DNA of 64,000 bases from Polyangiaceae bacterium (lineage in GTDB: Bacteria > Myxococcota_A > Polyangia > Polyangiales > Polyangiaceae): assembly GCA_965222375.1 (NCBI GenBank), contig CBDCTZ010000015.1, positions 896,001-960,000 of the forward strand. The letters run 5' to 3'. The notes beneath the pieces were generated by a model. The model searched no databases. It was given only the letters and a program-made list of their open reading frames with translations, and was not told the DNA's origin. The position numbers and the translations under genes were made by a program. Positions 9,612 through 19,020 of the stretch are shown here, in pieces (position 1 is the stretch's first letter; each line of letters begins with the position of its first letter).

Positions 9612-10413
9612 TCAATTCGTACAGCAGAATGTCGTAGGGTTCTTGGGAGTCAATGTGCCGCTGAGATCGCCGCCGGTCTCGGGGCAGCTCGATCCGGTGG
9701 GAGTGCCCGCCACGTACTTCGCGTGCGTCATGGAAATCGCCGAGGTGCACTGCTTCAGAGACAGCGTGCCGATGGGCGCGGAGCAGGATGCCGAGTTGTA
9801 AAGATTGACCATACCAGTGCAGGTACCCGTCGGCGTACCGCAACCGCAGGGGCTGCAGCTCCGAGTATCATCGACGCCGTCGAACAGCACCTGCTTGACG
9901 CTGTACCCGGACGGGCAAGAGACGTCGCCCGCCCGGTAGATGCAGGACTCCCATGCAGCAGGCACGGCTGGCACACACACCTCGCCACCGGCACACTGAC
10001 CTGCGACCGCTGTTCCTTCGCAGGCGCGAGCGTCTGTGGCCCAGGACGGCAAAGGCGGTTGCGGGTTTGCGTTCGAGGCGCAGGGCCCGGCGCTAAAGAC
10101 ACCCACTGCTCGGACGGAATCCAGCAGGGTTGCGGTAATGACAGCACCCACACAAGATCCTGACGGTAGAGTTCCGAGACTCTTGGGCTTCTCTGTGCAG
10201 AAATTGCCGAGCTGGTTGTACTTCGTCAACGTAGCGCTCGAGCACTTCGGAGCGAGGGGGGTCGTGCAGATGCAGGGGCACTTGGTTGGGCTCGCTGCGA
10301 GCCCGGAGTGCAGCAGGCCAGCCGTGGCCTGGGTTGGATAGTCGTTGGGGCAGGTCGGCGGCGTGGATGGGCCCGAAGCCACAGCGACAGGTCCGCTCCA
10401 ACCCACCGGCACC
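9612..10413 (-). pseudogene. Cys-rich paralogue C lacking signal peptide and linker (5'-truncated)
   Basis: Homology to A/B starts at VPVGWSGPVA and ends PTTFCCTN. Upstream sequence is the antisense of an unrelated gene fragment. Confidence 0.65.
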
Positions 10414-10772
10414 CTGGGCCCCTCATGTTGACAGGAAGTGACTCGCCCACCACCAGCCTGCCGGCGATCGCCAAAGCGCTTCCCACCCTCGACCAACCTC
10501 AGCAGGCGCTACTCGGGCCAGCTGATGACGGCGGTTACTACTTGATCGGACTTTCTGGTCCCGAGCCGCGAGTCTTCGAGGACATCCCGTGGAGTACGCC
10601 CGAGGTCCACCATCACACCCTCGAGCGCTGCGAACAGCTGGGCCTCGAGGTCAGCCGGCTCCCCAGCTGCTTCAACGTCGACGAACCCGCCGACATGGAG
10701 CGACTCCGCCACCAGCTGGAAAAAGATCCGGACCTCGCGCCGCGCACCGCGAAGGCGCTCGGGTCCTATTGA
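10414..10772 (+). pseudogene. C-terminal half of a DUF2064/TIGR04282 (CofC-like) glycosyltransferase
   Basis: GSDSP, LGPADDGGYYLIG, IPWST, NVDEPAD motifs present; the N-terminal half of the family is absent. Confidence 0.7.
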
Positions 10773-10795
10773 GACGCGGTTCCTCCCGCCGTCCG

Positions 10796-11022
10796 GTAGG
10801 AGAGTGAACAGGAGGGCGGGAAGGAAAGAGGGGGAGGGATGGTTCGCGGCGCGGCGCTGCGCGGACGCGGGCCTCGCGTCTCGAGCTGGGCCGCGCAGTG
10901 CGGATGCAGCGTGAATGGGGGCGCTTAACCGGGTCTGGTTCCTTTACGTGGAGCGATAAATTCGAACAGACCCAAACCCTCTTCCCTTTCCCCCTTCCAT
11001 CCTTCCTGTGAATCTCCCCTAG
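10796..11022. repeat. Degenerate long inverted-repeat element (MITE/REP-like)
   Basis: Purine-rich left arm TAGGAGAGTGAACAGGAGGGCGGGAAGG... and pyrimidine-rich right arm ...CCTTCCATCCTTCCTGTGAATCTCCCCTA; inner IR GGGTCTGGTTC/GAACAGACCC. Confidence 0.6.
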
Positions 11023-11038
11023 ATCGCTCCTGCGTGCC

Positions 11039-11893
11039 CTACGACGTTTCCAGGTTGGCCCTGCGCAGGTGCGCCTTGGCGAGTTCGCTGTTATCGAGTT
11101 GCCAAGGGTGGAAGTCCGGGCGCAGGTAGTCGCGAATGCCTGCCCAAAGGCGCGCGGGATTCATGAAGCCGGAAGCACGCATGTCGCTCTTCTCCTGCTC
11201 GTGGCGCTCCGGATCGAAGTTGTCTTGCTCCATCAGCATGCGCGTTGCGTGGTACCAGTAGAACCCCAGCTGTACGCTAGCGATCAGCAAGCCCGCCACC
11301 CGCAGGGCGTAGCTCGGCGCGACCTTCTGCAATACGTCGTAGGCAACGGCTTTGTGTTCGATCTCTTCCACGGCGTGCCAGAGCAAAAGGTCACGCACGG
11401 CCGGATCCGCGTCCTCCAGTAAACCTTCTCGGAGTGCCGCATCGGCAAACATCGCAGTGAAGTGCTCCGCCGCCGACGTCCCGGCGAGACGCAAGGCTGG
11501 AGGCGACATGGCCTCGACCCGCCCAGCCCACTTCTCGTACCAATCCAAGAACTCGCGAACCTCGAAACCTTGAGCCTCGAGGAGCTTGAAGAAGCGCTCG
11601 TGCTCGGCGGCGTGTCGACCCTCTTGACCGAAGAAGCCGCGGATGTCCGCTCGCTCCTGCGTGCCCTCGACCTGCGGTAGGTAGCGCTTCACGCTGCGCA
11701 CGAAGAAACGCTCCCCCCAGGGAAACAGCAGGTTCAGGCCGTTGACCATGTGGGTGGCGTACATGTTCCCGTTCAGCCAGTGCCGCGGCACGCTGCTGTA
11801 GTCGAAGGTTGGGCGCCGGGGCTGGATCTTGGAAACAGCTTTCGGGCCGGTGGCCTGGGAGACGGAATCGGATGCAGTAGCGGATGTCGTCAT
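11039..11893 (-). CDS. Predicted metal-dependent hydrolase (PF10118-type, ferritin-like di-metal motifs)
   Basis: LFPWGERFF, GQEGRHAAEH, AEHFTA, WHAVEEIEHKAVAYD, PDFHPW. Confidence 0.9.
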   Translation of the reverse strand: MTTSATASDSVSQATGPKAVSKIQPRRPTFDYSSVPRHWLNGNMYATHMVNGLNLLFPWGERFFVRSVKRYLPQVEGTQERADIRGFFGQEGRHAAEHERFFKLLEAQGFEVREFLDWYEKWAGRVEAMSPPALRLAGTSAAEHFTAMFADAALREGLLEDADPAVRDLLLWHAVEEIEHKAVAYDVLQKVAPSYALRVAGLLIASVQLGFYWYHATRMLMEQDNFDPERHEQEKSDMRASGFMNPARLWAGIRDYLRPDFHPWQLDNSELAKAHLRRANLETS

Positions 11894-11930
11894 GAGTCCC
11901 TCCGAAATCAGCGGCACCGATCAACTTAAC

Positions 11931-11955
11931 GACTATTGAACCTTGGTCAATAGTC
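11931..11955. promoter_or_regulatory. Palindromic operator, probably TetR-type
   Basis: GACTATTGA-N7-TCAATAGTC perfect 9-bp IR about 40 bp upstream of the hydrolase ATG, next to an AT-rich tract. Confidence 0.7.
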
Positions 11956-12171
11956 AAAGCGTATATTTTTTAACTACTTGATTTTATTATGTTTTCTTGT
12001 GGCAGATGTCACAGTGTAATCGGCGCCCAATGATCCACGGCTCACGGAGCGCTCGCCTCCGATGACGCACGTCATGCAGCCGCCGCCCGGCTTGGGAATA
12101 CGCGGTCCAGCCGGGCAGTTACGACTGGCAACTAGGACAAGTACCAGCTGATGTCTGCTTCCACTCACCAC

Positions 12172-12485
12172 ATGGAAAACACAACTTGGCGCGCGGAGCG
12201 GCGCGCAAGCTGGGCCATCCCGCTGTTCTGGGCTGGATGGGCCTTCGTTGGCGCGCCTTGGCGTTCGGCTTGCTCTTGCTCGCGGCAGGGAGCACGAGTG
12301 CTGTCGTACCGTTGGCGATGTGGCTTCCCCTCGGTACCCTGATCGCCGCTCCACTGTGGGTAGCGTCCTATCTGCTGCTGCGCTCTACGAACCGGCACCA
12401 CTATCGACAAGCCGCCGCGGGGTCGATTGCCGTGATCTGTGTGCTCGCCCTAGTCTGGACGACGTCGGCGCTCATTGCGACGTGA
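12172..12485 (+). pseudogene. Small membrane protein, probably frameshifted near 12256
   Basis: Hydrophobic text WAIPLFWAGWAFVGA in one frame continues as LAFGLLLLAAG... in another. Confidence 0.4.
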
Positions 12486-12746
12486 CCCTCGACCGCGCCA
12501 CGCGGCCCCGGTGCACCGGCATCAGCCCGAACCTAGCAGGGACGCTGGAACGGGCGAAGGCGTTGCCCCGGGGTCGCGGTTTCAGCCGGAGGCCACCCTG
12601 CTCTACCAGACAGCGCAGAGGCCACCATCCGCCCTCGACTAGGAGAAGTGGCACAAGACTCGTCCTCCAACCGCGGGCGCCTGCAATGGGGGCTCGCGGC
12701 GCGTTCAACGCCGCGCCACGATCGTCCGCACAATTTGAACGCATTA

Positions 12747-12790
12747 CGAGAGTAGTGCACCGCCACGCAATAGGGCCGCGACCCCAAACC
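12747..12790 (+). repeat. Dispersed intergenic motif, copy 2
   Basis: CGAGAGTAGTGCACCGCCACGCAATAGGGCCGCGACCCCAAACC; first 15 bp identical to 27237..27251. Confidence 0.75.
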
Positions 12791-12881
12791 CAAATCCCAA
12801 ACCTCGAACGCTGAGAGCCCGAAGCAGGCTGGCGCCAGTGGTTGAGATTCGATCGCGCTGCGCGGTAGCCTGGAGGATGTC

Positions 12882-13334
12882 ATGGCACAGTCCATCGTCG
12901 TTTTCATGGAAGCGGGCGCGCGCTGGCCAGCGTTCATTCCAACGACCGGGGACGTGCGAGCGATCCGACAGCATCTGGACGAGCCGACCCACGAATTCAC
13001 GCGGCGAGCCGAACAAATGTCGTTCAATGAACCTCAGTTGAGTATCAGCAAAGTGTTCTACGTCGCATACGGCCTCGGAAGCCCGGGGTCCGCTGCGGCC
13101 CGGCATGCGGCACTCAGCGCGCTCGTACTGCGTATCGACTCGCAGGAAGGCGGCTCGATGGTCTTGGTTGGCGAAGGCAGTCGCGAGGAGTGCCGTTCCC
13201 TGGCGAATTTGGCGCTGTCCCTGAACGACGAGCTGTCGAATCTGGGACTGCCCGAGTGCCTGCGCTTTCGCGCTCAGCCGACGCCCCAACGGGCCGCTCG
13301 AGCTTCGCTCATGCCTCCCAAGCGCGAAAGTTGA
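12882..13334 (+). CDS. Hypothetical protein (150 aa)
   Basis: GGAGG SD just upstream of ATG; globular alpha/beta-like composition. Confidence 0.65.
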   Translation: MAQSIVVFMEAGARWPAFIPTTGDVRAIRQHLDEPTHEFTRRAEQMSFNEPQLSISKVFYVAYGLGSPGSAAARHAALSALVLRIDSQEGGSMVLVGEGSREECRSLANLALSLNDELSNLGLPECLRFRAQPTPQRAARASLMPPKRES

Positions 13335-13346
13335 ACTCCGAAGTCG

Positions 13347-14231
13347 CTACGGCGGCAGCTTCTTCGCCAGAACGGCAATGCGAGCGCCCCTCCGATCGGG
13401 CTGTGGTTCATGGTAGGCAACCAGCAAATGGCCATCTGTCGCGTCCGCGGAGACCTTGGTGTTCGCCGTCGAGATTCTAGCGAGTCTGACCGTTTGGGGT
13501 CGTGAGCCGGGTCTGAAGGACGTCAAGTTCAGCCTCTTGTTCTTCTCCACCCAGGCGACGAGATAGCGGCCGCGATCATGGACGAGCTTGGACGCCACCG
13601 GGAACCGGTAGATGAACGCCGAGCGCCCGACGACGTGACAACGTGGCGTTCCTTTGGCCGTTGGCGAGACTCGGCAGATGGACAGTGTGTAGCCACCTGC
13701 ATCCGCCGCCCGAACCACGAGAAGCACAATATCCGTGTCACTCGCTAACGCATCGTGCACGAATTCGACTGGCTCGCTCCAGGTCAGAGCGTGTCGCACC
13801 TTGGTGTCGTTGTGAATCTCCACGATCCCCGGCTGCCCCTTGTGAATGCGTTCGTAGCTTTCGAACACCATCCAGCGGTCACGGAGTTGTACGGCGATGC
13901 CTTGTAGACCACCGCCTTCGATTGTCGCACGCGGTGCCGGATAGGTTGGTGAGGGCGATCGGGCGGCCACTAGCCTGCCCGTCTTGGTATACTCCGACCG
14001 ATAAAAGGCCCCGTCTCGGCTGCTCCTGAAGTAGACGACAAAGCCGGTCTTGTTACCAACGACGACCGGGCGCACATCCCCAACTAGTTCCCGGTGAGCG
14101 GATGCGGGTGTAGCGGTGACGACCACCGCCAGGGCACCTGCGGCTAATACCCGCCGCGATCGCCCGACAGTTCGCGCTTCACTCAAGGCCCCGATCCTAT
14201 CTCGAAAGTGCGCCACGCTGAAGCATGCCAA
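13347..14231 (-). CDS. Secreted hypothetical beta-rich protein (true start probably downstream of the ORF start)
   Basis: Signal-like RRVLAAGALAVVVTATPASA followed by a beta-strand-rich domain. Confidence 0.65.
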   Translation of the reverse strand: MACFSVAHFRDRIGALSEARTVGRSRRVLAAGALAVVVTATPASAHRELVGDVRPVVVGNKTGFVVYFRSSRDGAFYRSEYTKTGRLVAARSPSPTYPAPRATIEGGGLQGIAVQLRDRWMVFESYERIHKGQPGIVEIHNDTKVRHALTWSEPVEFVHDALASDTDIVLLVVRAADAGGYTLSICRVSPTAKGTPRCHVVGRSAFIYRFPVASKLVHDRGRYLVAWVEKNKRLNLTSFRPGSRPQTVRLARISTANTKVSADATDGHLLVAYHEPQPDRRGARIAVLAKKLPP

Positions 14232-14388
14232 CGCACGCGCCGTTCAGAGACTTGGCGTAGCGTTGGGACTATCTGCTGCGAGAGGGCTATAATCATCGAA
14301 TCATGCAATGCTCCTGGCTCCTGTGTCTGCCGTCCGTCCTCGCCGGCGATGGGATTTCGAGCCACGCCGCCTTGCAACGGGCTTTCTA

Positions 14389-14973
14389 GTGGCGGCCGCC
14401 AAGAAGAAGACCCGCCGCCGGCTGTCGGTGGAGCAGCGCAAGGAAGAACTGCTCAAGATCGGGCTAGAGCGCTTCGCCCACAGCACCTACGACGAGATCA
14501 GCATCGAGGAGATCGCCGACGAGGCGGGTATCAGCAAGGGGCTGCTGTACCACTACTTCCCCAGCAAGCGGGACTACTACGTGGCCGCTCTAGGGCGTGC
14601 AGCCGCCGACCTGGTCGCCAGGATTGACGCCGCCGGCGATGACGCTCCCCAGGCCTTCGAGGCGTATCTGAGTTTCGTGGAGGAGCGCGAACCCGCCTAT
14701 CGCGCACTGTATCGCGGAGGCATCGGTTTTGACAAAGAGGTGAGCGAGATCGTCGAAAGCTGCCGCACCCACATCTTGGAGCGCATCATGCAACACGCCG
14801 ACGACGTCAGCCCCGAAGTACGCAACGCGCTGCGTGGCTTCATCGGCTACGTCGAGGCATCCGTCCTCGATTGGCTCGAGCACCGCGACATGCGGCGACA
14901 TTGCCTTCTGGAGTCCTGGCAGGTCGCGCTCGTCACTACCGTGCAGGCCGCCGCCCCCGCCGCCGCGCCTTGA
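14389..14973 (+). CDS. TetR/AcrR family transcriptional regulator
   Basis: HTH ISIEEIADEAGISKGLLYHYFPSK; GTG start at 14389 inferred. Confidence 0.92.
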   Translation: MAAAKKKTRRRLSVEQRKEELLKIGLERFAHSTYDEISIEEIADEAGISKGLLYHYFPSKRDYYVAALGRAAADLVARIDAAGDDAPQAFEAYLSFVEEREPAYRALYRGGIGFDKEVSEIVESCRTHILERIMQHADDVSPEVRNALRGFIGYVEASVLDWLEHRDMRRHCLLESWQVALVTTVQAAAPAAAP

Positions 14974-15006
14974 CACGGCACGTGCCGCGGGCGGAGCCTG
15001 GTGAAC

Positions 15007-15438
15007 ATGTCGGGACCGAAGAAGAGCGACCCAACCCGCGGCGCAGCACCGTATCTATCAGAACCTCTTGCGCCCCCCTGGGCTACTGACGGCGCGGCAC
15101 CGGATGCGCCTGCGCCCCCTGCAGAGCCCGAGGTCCAGGCACAGCGCGCCCCAGCGCCGACGGACAAGCACTCGAAGATCCAGGACCTCAAGCACGAGGC
15201 CGAAACCGCATTGCAAGCGGGAGACTTTTCAACGGCTCGTAGGATCTATCGCTCACTCTTGCTGGTGAAGCTCGGAGAGGGCAGCCCAATCAGCAAAGCT
15301 GAGGTCTATTACGGGCTCGCCGTCGTCTGCGAACGCACCGGCGAAACTCGAAAGGCGCTTCAGTTCCTTCAGCGTGCGACGGACACCGAACCGAACTTCC
15401 CCGCTGCACAGGAGCTACGGAGCAAACTGCAGACCTGA
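15007..15438 (+). CDS. Small TPR protein
   Basis: AEVYYGLAVVCERTGETRKALQFLQRATDTEPNF TPR consensus. Confidence 0.8.
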   Translation: MSGPKKSDPTRGAAPYLSEPLAPPWATDGAAPDAPAPPAEPEVQAQRAPAPTDKHSKIQDLKHEAETALQAGDFSTARRIYRSLLLVKLGEGSPISKAEVYYGLAVVCERTGETRKALQFLQRATDTEPNFPAAQELRSKLQT

Positions 15439-15604
15439 TCGCGCAACTCAACCGCCGCCGCCGGCTTGGATGTCGGCTCACCGGCCTACGCAGCTTTTGC
15501 GCAGACAGGATGCGTGAGCTGAGTCCGAAGCGCTCGGGCTAGCCGCAGGCTGCGTCGTCGCAGGATCGGTTGACGTGCTGGGGCGTTCGCTTCACAAGCT
15601 TGGC

Positions 15605-16480
15605 GTGCCTGAACTGCCCGAAGTCGAAGTCACGCGTCGGTTGATCGAACCGGTACTGCTCGACCGGCGCATTGCGCGTGTGCACACGACGAAGCCGAGC
15701 TACTTTTTTCTGACGCCCCCAGGTAGCCTCAAGAAGCGCCTGGTCGGACGCACGGCCCAGGAACTCAGACGCCATGGCAAGTACCTGTTGGCGGAGCTGG
15801 ACGATGGGTCGCGCCTGTTGTTGCACCTGGGCATGACGGGCCAGCTCTTTTCCGATCAGGTGTCGAGCCCTCGCCTGCTCTCCAAGACCGCGCGCGCCGC
15901 CCTGGCCCCCGAGGCGCAAAGGAGCTTCCGCCCGGACGCGCATACCCACCTGCGGATTGCCTTTGCAGACGGTGGCCCGGAACTCCTGTTCCGGGACGTG
16001 CGCAAGTTCGGCAAGGTGCGTTGGCTCGGCGAGGGGCAAGCCGATGCGCGCTTGGACAAGCTTGGACCTGACGCCCTGGATGTCACCGCAGCCGTGCTCG
16101 GTGCTGCAGGCGCCAAACGCCGCACGCCGGTCAAAACCTTGTTGCTCGATCAAAGCGTGGTCGCGGGCGTGGGCAACATCTACGCGGACGAAGCGCTTTC
16201 ACGCGCCGCCGTGCGCCCCACGCGAGCTGCGCGCCGGGTCACACGAGCGGAGTGGCAAAAGCTCGCGCGTGCAATTCGTGCCGTACTGAAGCGTGGCATC
16301 GCGACGGGGGGCTCGAGCATCAATGACTACGTCCGCCCCGATGGTCGAGATGGCGGCTACCAGGACGAACGAAGAGTCTACGGCTTGGGGGGAAGGCCGT
16401 GTCGCAGCTGCGGCACGGCGATCAAGCGCGTCGTCATCGCCCAGCGCGCGACCTGTTTCTGTCCAAGTTGTCAGCGCTGA
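15605..16480 (+). CDS. mutM: Formamidopyrimidine-DNA glycosylase (Fpg)
   Basis: N-terminal PELPEVE, HLGMTG, LLDQSVVAGVGNIYADE, C-terminal zinc finger CRSC...CPSCQ. Confidence 0.97.
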   Translation: MPELPEVEVTRRLIEPVLLDRRIARVHTTKPSYFFLTPPGSLKKRLVGRTAQELRRHGKYLLAELDDGSRLLLHLGMTGQLFSDQVSSPRLLSKTARAALAPEAQRSFRPDAHTHLRIAFADGGPELLFRDVRKFGKVRWLGEGQADARLDKLGPDALDVTAAVLGAAGAKRRTPVKTLLLDQSVVAGVGNIYADEALSRAAVRPTRAARRVTRAEWQKLARAIRAVLKRGIATGGSSINDYVRPDGRDGGYQDERRVYGLGGRPCRSCGTAIKRVVIAQRATCFCPSCQR

Positions 16481-16487
16481 GCGCCGT

Positions 16488-16985
16488 TCACTTCGCGACG
16501 CAACGCGGAGGCTCTCCGCGAGCACAAACACATAGGCACTCGTCGCTCTCGGGACCATCCGCGACGGAGGTGCGCCCGTACCCGCGGCACTGGCAGTAGC
16601 AGCCGGGCTTTTCATAGCGACAGCCCGCACGCTTCGTACATGCCTCGCTCGCGGTCTTCGACTCGTAGAAGGAAGCCTGGGCTAGGTCCTTCTCGCAGGC
16701 GGAAACTGCAGGGCGGCAGCGGTAGATGCCCGGATAGGTCTTGGCGTCTGCGACTTCGAGCACGCAGCCCTTCGAGCGCATGCAGTCGTGCCGGTTCATC
16801 TGGGAACAGACTCCGCTAGCTTCGGGCGACGTGAGCGGCGAGGGTGCCGACTGGGAGGCAGTCGGCGCGGGTGTTTGAAGGGTGGGACCAGTGGGGCGCG
16901 GAGTCGGTGCGCCAGCGACGCAGCCCGCGGCGGCGAGGGCGCACAGCAGCGCCAGCCCCGGTCGGAGCATTGTGGTTCGTGACAT
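16488..16985 (-). CDS. Cys-rich lipoprotein
   Basis: LAAAGC lipobox, Pro/Ser linker, about 14 Cys. Confidence 0.75.
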   Translation of the reverse strand: MSRTTMLRPGLALLCALAAAGCVAGAPTPRPTGPTLQTPAPTASQSAPSPLTSPEASGVCSQMNRHDCMRSKGCVLEVADAKTYPGIYRCRPAVSACEKDLAQASFYESKTASEACTKRAGCRYEKPGCYCQCRGYGRTSVADGPESDECLCVCARGEPPRCVAK

Positions 16986-17036
16986 GGTGCGAGGACAACG
17001 GCCATGCGGCCGCGCCCTTACACACTTTTGCCTACC

Positions 17037-17420
17037 TCAACCCGCGGCAGCGCGAAGCTCGGCCAGCTGGGCCTGGCCGGCTTTACGATCCGGAGCCAGA
17101 TGCAGCTTGGTACCGGCACCGAAACTCATGCTGCGCCCGAGCATTTGGACAAAATCCTCGGTCGCGACCATGACCACGTGGATGCCACCACCAGCGCGAA
17201 AGAGCTCCAGCACTTCGGCCAAGATAGCCCCGAGCTCCTTGTCCACCCCGGTCACCGCAAGGGTATCCACCAGGTTGAACTGCTCGGGGCCGTTGTCTTC
17301 ACGCAGTTTCTTGTACTTCTTCACCATCACACGCAGATCCGCCGCGGACACGTGGTCGCGATAGACGAACTCAGCTGTGTCAGGTGAAACTCGCTGAACG
17401 TCACAACTTCTAAGCGCCAT
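17037..17420 (-). CDS. Small STAS/SEC14-like alpha/beta hypothetical protein
   Basis: 3 bp downstream of the flavoprotein gene; size and hydrophobic strand pattern resemble myxobacterial STAS/SEC14 proteins. Confidence 0.55.
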   Translation of the reverse strand: MALRSCDVQRVSPDTAEFVYRDHVSAADLRVMVKKYKKLREDNGPEQFNLVDTLAVTGVDKELGAILAEVLELFRAGGGIHVVMVATEDFVQMLGRSMSFGAGTKLHLAPDRKAGQAQLAELRAAAG

Positions 17421-17423
17421 CTC

Positions 17424-18866
17424 TCAGGGGAATATACCCTGGCCCGGAGTAAGGGTTCCATTGGGATCGTACTTGTTTTTCAGCCAGTTCACCAAAGGCC
17501 ATGCATAGTCGTAGTGGGCAGCCCAGTCACTCGGCTCGAAGGGAATGCTGCTGATGGGGTAGCGCTTGCCGCCCACCGCCGCGGCGGCGTCAAAGATGCT
17601 GCGGTTGAGATCGACGAGTGCCTCTGGGACGCCAGGGACCGGTGGGGCGGTGCGCAGGATGTCGAAGATGAAGATAAACTCCTCGTTCGGAACGCGGAAC
17701 AAGGGCTTCGTGAGGCGACTGCGCTTGAAGGGATAGAGCAGAATCGGGTCTTGGGTGTCCGTTGGAACACTGGCCAGGGCAGTGGTCGCGATGCTCGCGG
17801 TCTGGCTCGCTGGCAGGAACAGGTCGAGCCATGGGTGCGGGAACTCCCAGACACCAATCTGCTTGAGGAACGCAATCACGGGTTCCAGGCGCCGCAGCCA
17901 CTGTTCGTACCCCTGATCCTGGATCGCCGAGGAGGTGAAGGACAGATCCGAGGTGAGCGCCGTATCGTCCGGTGTATTGGGGCTAGTGTACCACACGGCC
18001 CCTTCAATCATGTATTGGAAGCCCCCTTGCCCATCGGGCAGCACCTGCCCCTCCAAATAGCTGAAGCGCTCATCGCCAGCGCAGGTCACCTGGTCGGCGA
18101 CGAACTGGTTGATGTCGTTGTAGTAGAGCTGATAGATGCGTGCGCTTTGCTCCGCCGGCTCCAGCGCGACGGCTGCGCGCGTGATGATGCCGTATTGACC
18201 CAACCCGCCGAGCACTGCGTTGAACAGGTCCGGGCGCTTCCAGGGTGAGCAAGTCACATGCTTTCCACGGCCTGTAACCACCTCTAGCTCGAGTACATTG
18301 TCGATCTGTGCGCCGGCTCGATGGGTGACGCCGCCCATGCCGCCAACGGACAGCGTGCCTCCGATGGAAAGGTCCAAGTAGTCGGTGAGCACGGGCGGGG
18401 TCAGCCCTTGCGGTACGGACGCCGTAATCAGCTCATTCCAGGTCACGCCTGCATCGACCACTGCGCGGTTGTTGTGAATGGCGTGGATCGTGTTCTGAGT
18501 GCGAGAGTCGATGACGATGCCGCCATCGACCTGCGCCTGGCCGTAAGTGGCGTGTCCCTGACCGCGCATCGCAACCTTGATCCCGTGTTTGTTCGCATAC
18601 TTGACCATCTTGCGGATGTCTTTGGTCGAACCCGGGCGCAGCACGGCAATGGGCGTTCGGGAGATAATATGGCCGTGGTCATCGGCCGCCTCAGCCAGGG
18701 CGGCGGGGTCGACGGTCAGCTCGCCGTCCAGGGGCGGGACGGGCGGGCCGCCACCATGGGAGGCGTGCGCAAGGGTGATCCAAGAGCGCTCGAGGGGGTT
18801 GAAGGCGACCACGCTGGCGGCAGCGAGCCCGGTTAGCAGGTAGCGTCGATGGATCTTGTTGCTCAT
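17424..18866 (-). CDS. Tat-exported FAD-linked oxidoreductase, cytokinin dehydrogenase-like (VAO/PCMH family)
   Basis: Twin-Arg HRRYLL signal; RGQGH, TDYLDLSIGGTLSVGG, HPWLDLF, DPNGTLTPGQGIF; GGAGG SD. Confidence 0.9.
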   Translation of the reverse strand: MSNKIHRRYLLTGLAAASVVAFNPLERSWITLAHASHGGGPPVPPLDGELTVDPAALAEAADDHGHIISRTPIAVLRPGSTKDIRKMVKYANKHGIKVAMRGQGHATYGQAQVDGGIVIDSRTQNTIHAIHNNRAVVDAGVTWNELITASVPQGLTPPVLTDYLDLSIGGTLSVGGMGGVTHRAGAQIDNVLELEVVTGRGKHVTCSPWKRPDLFNAVLGGLGQYGIITRAAVALEPAEQSARIYQLYYNDINQFVADQVTCAGDERFSYLEGQVLPDGQGGFQYMIEGAVWYTSPNTPDDTALTSDLSFTSSAIQDQGYEQWLRRLEPVIAFLKQIGVWEFPHPWLDLFLPASQTASIATTALASVPTDTQDPILLYPFKRSRLTKPLFRVPNEEFIFIFDILRTAPPVPGVPEALVDLNRSIFDAAAAVGGKRYPISSIPFEPSDWAAHYDYAWPLVNWLKNKYDPNGTLTPGQGIFP

Positions 18867-19020
18867 TTTACCTCCTCGAAAAACCCCCCATTAACGCATA
18901 CAAGAGTCCCGAAAAAAACCTTCCCCGTCAACGTGGGTGGCACACTGCAGGTAGCGCACCTGCAACTACATTGGCTCTAGCCTCTTGCAATCTAAGCGCA
19001 GTGCCGGAATAAAGAGGTGC

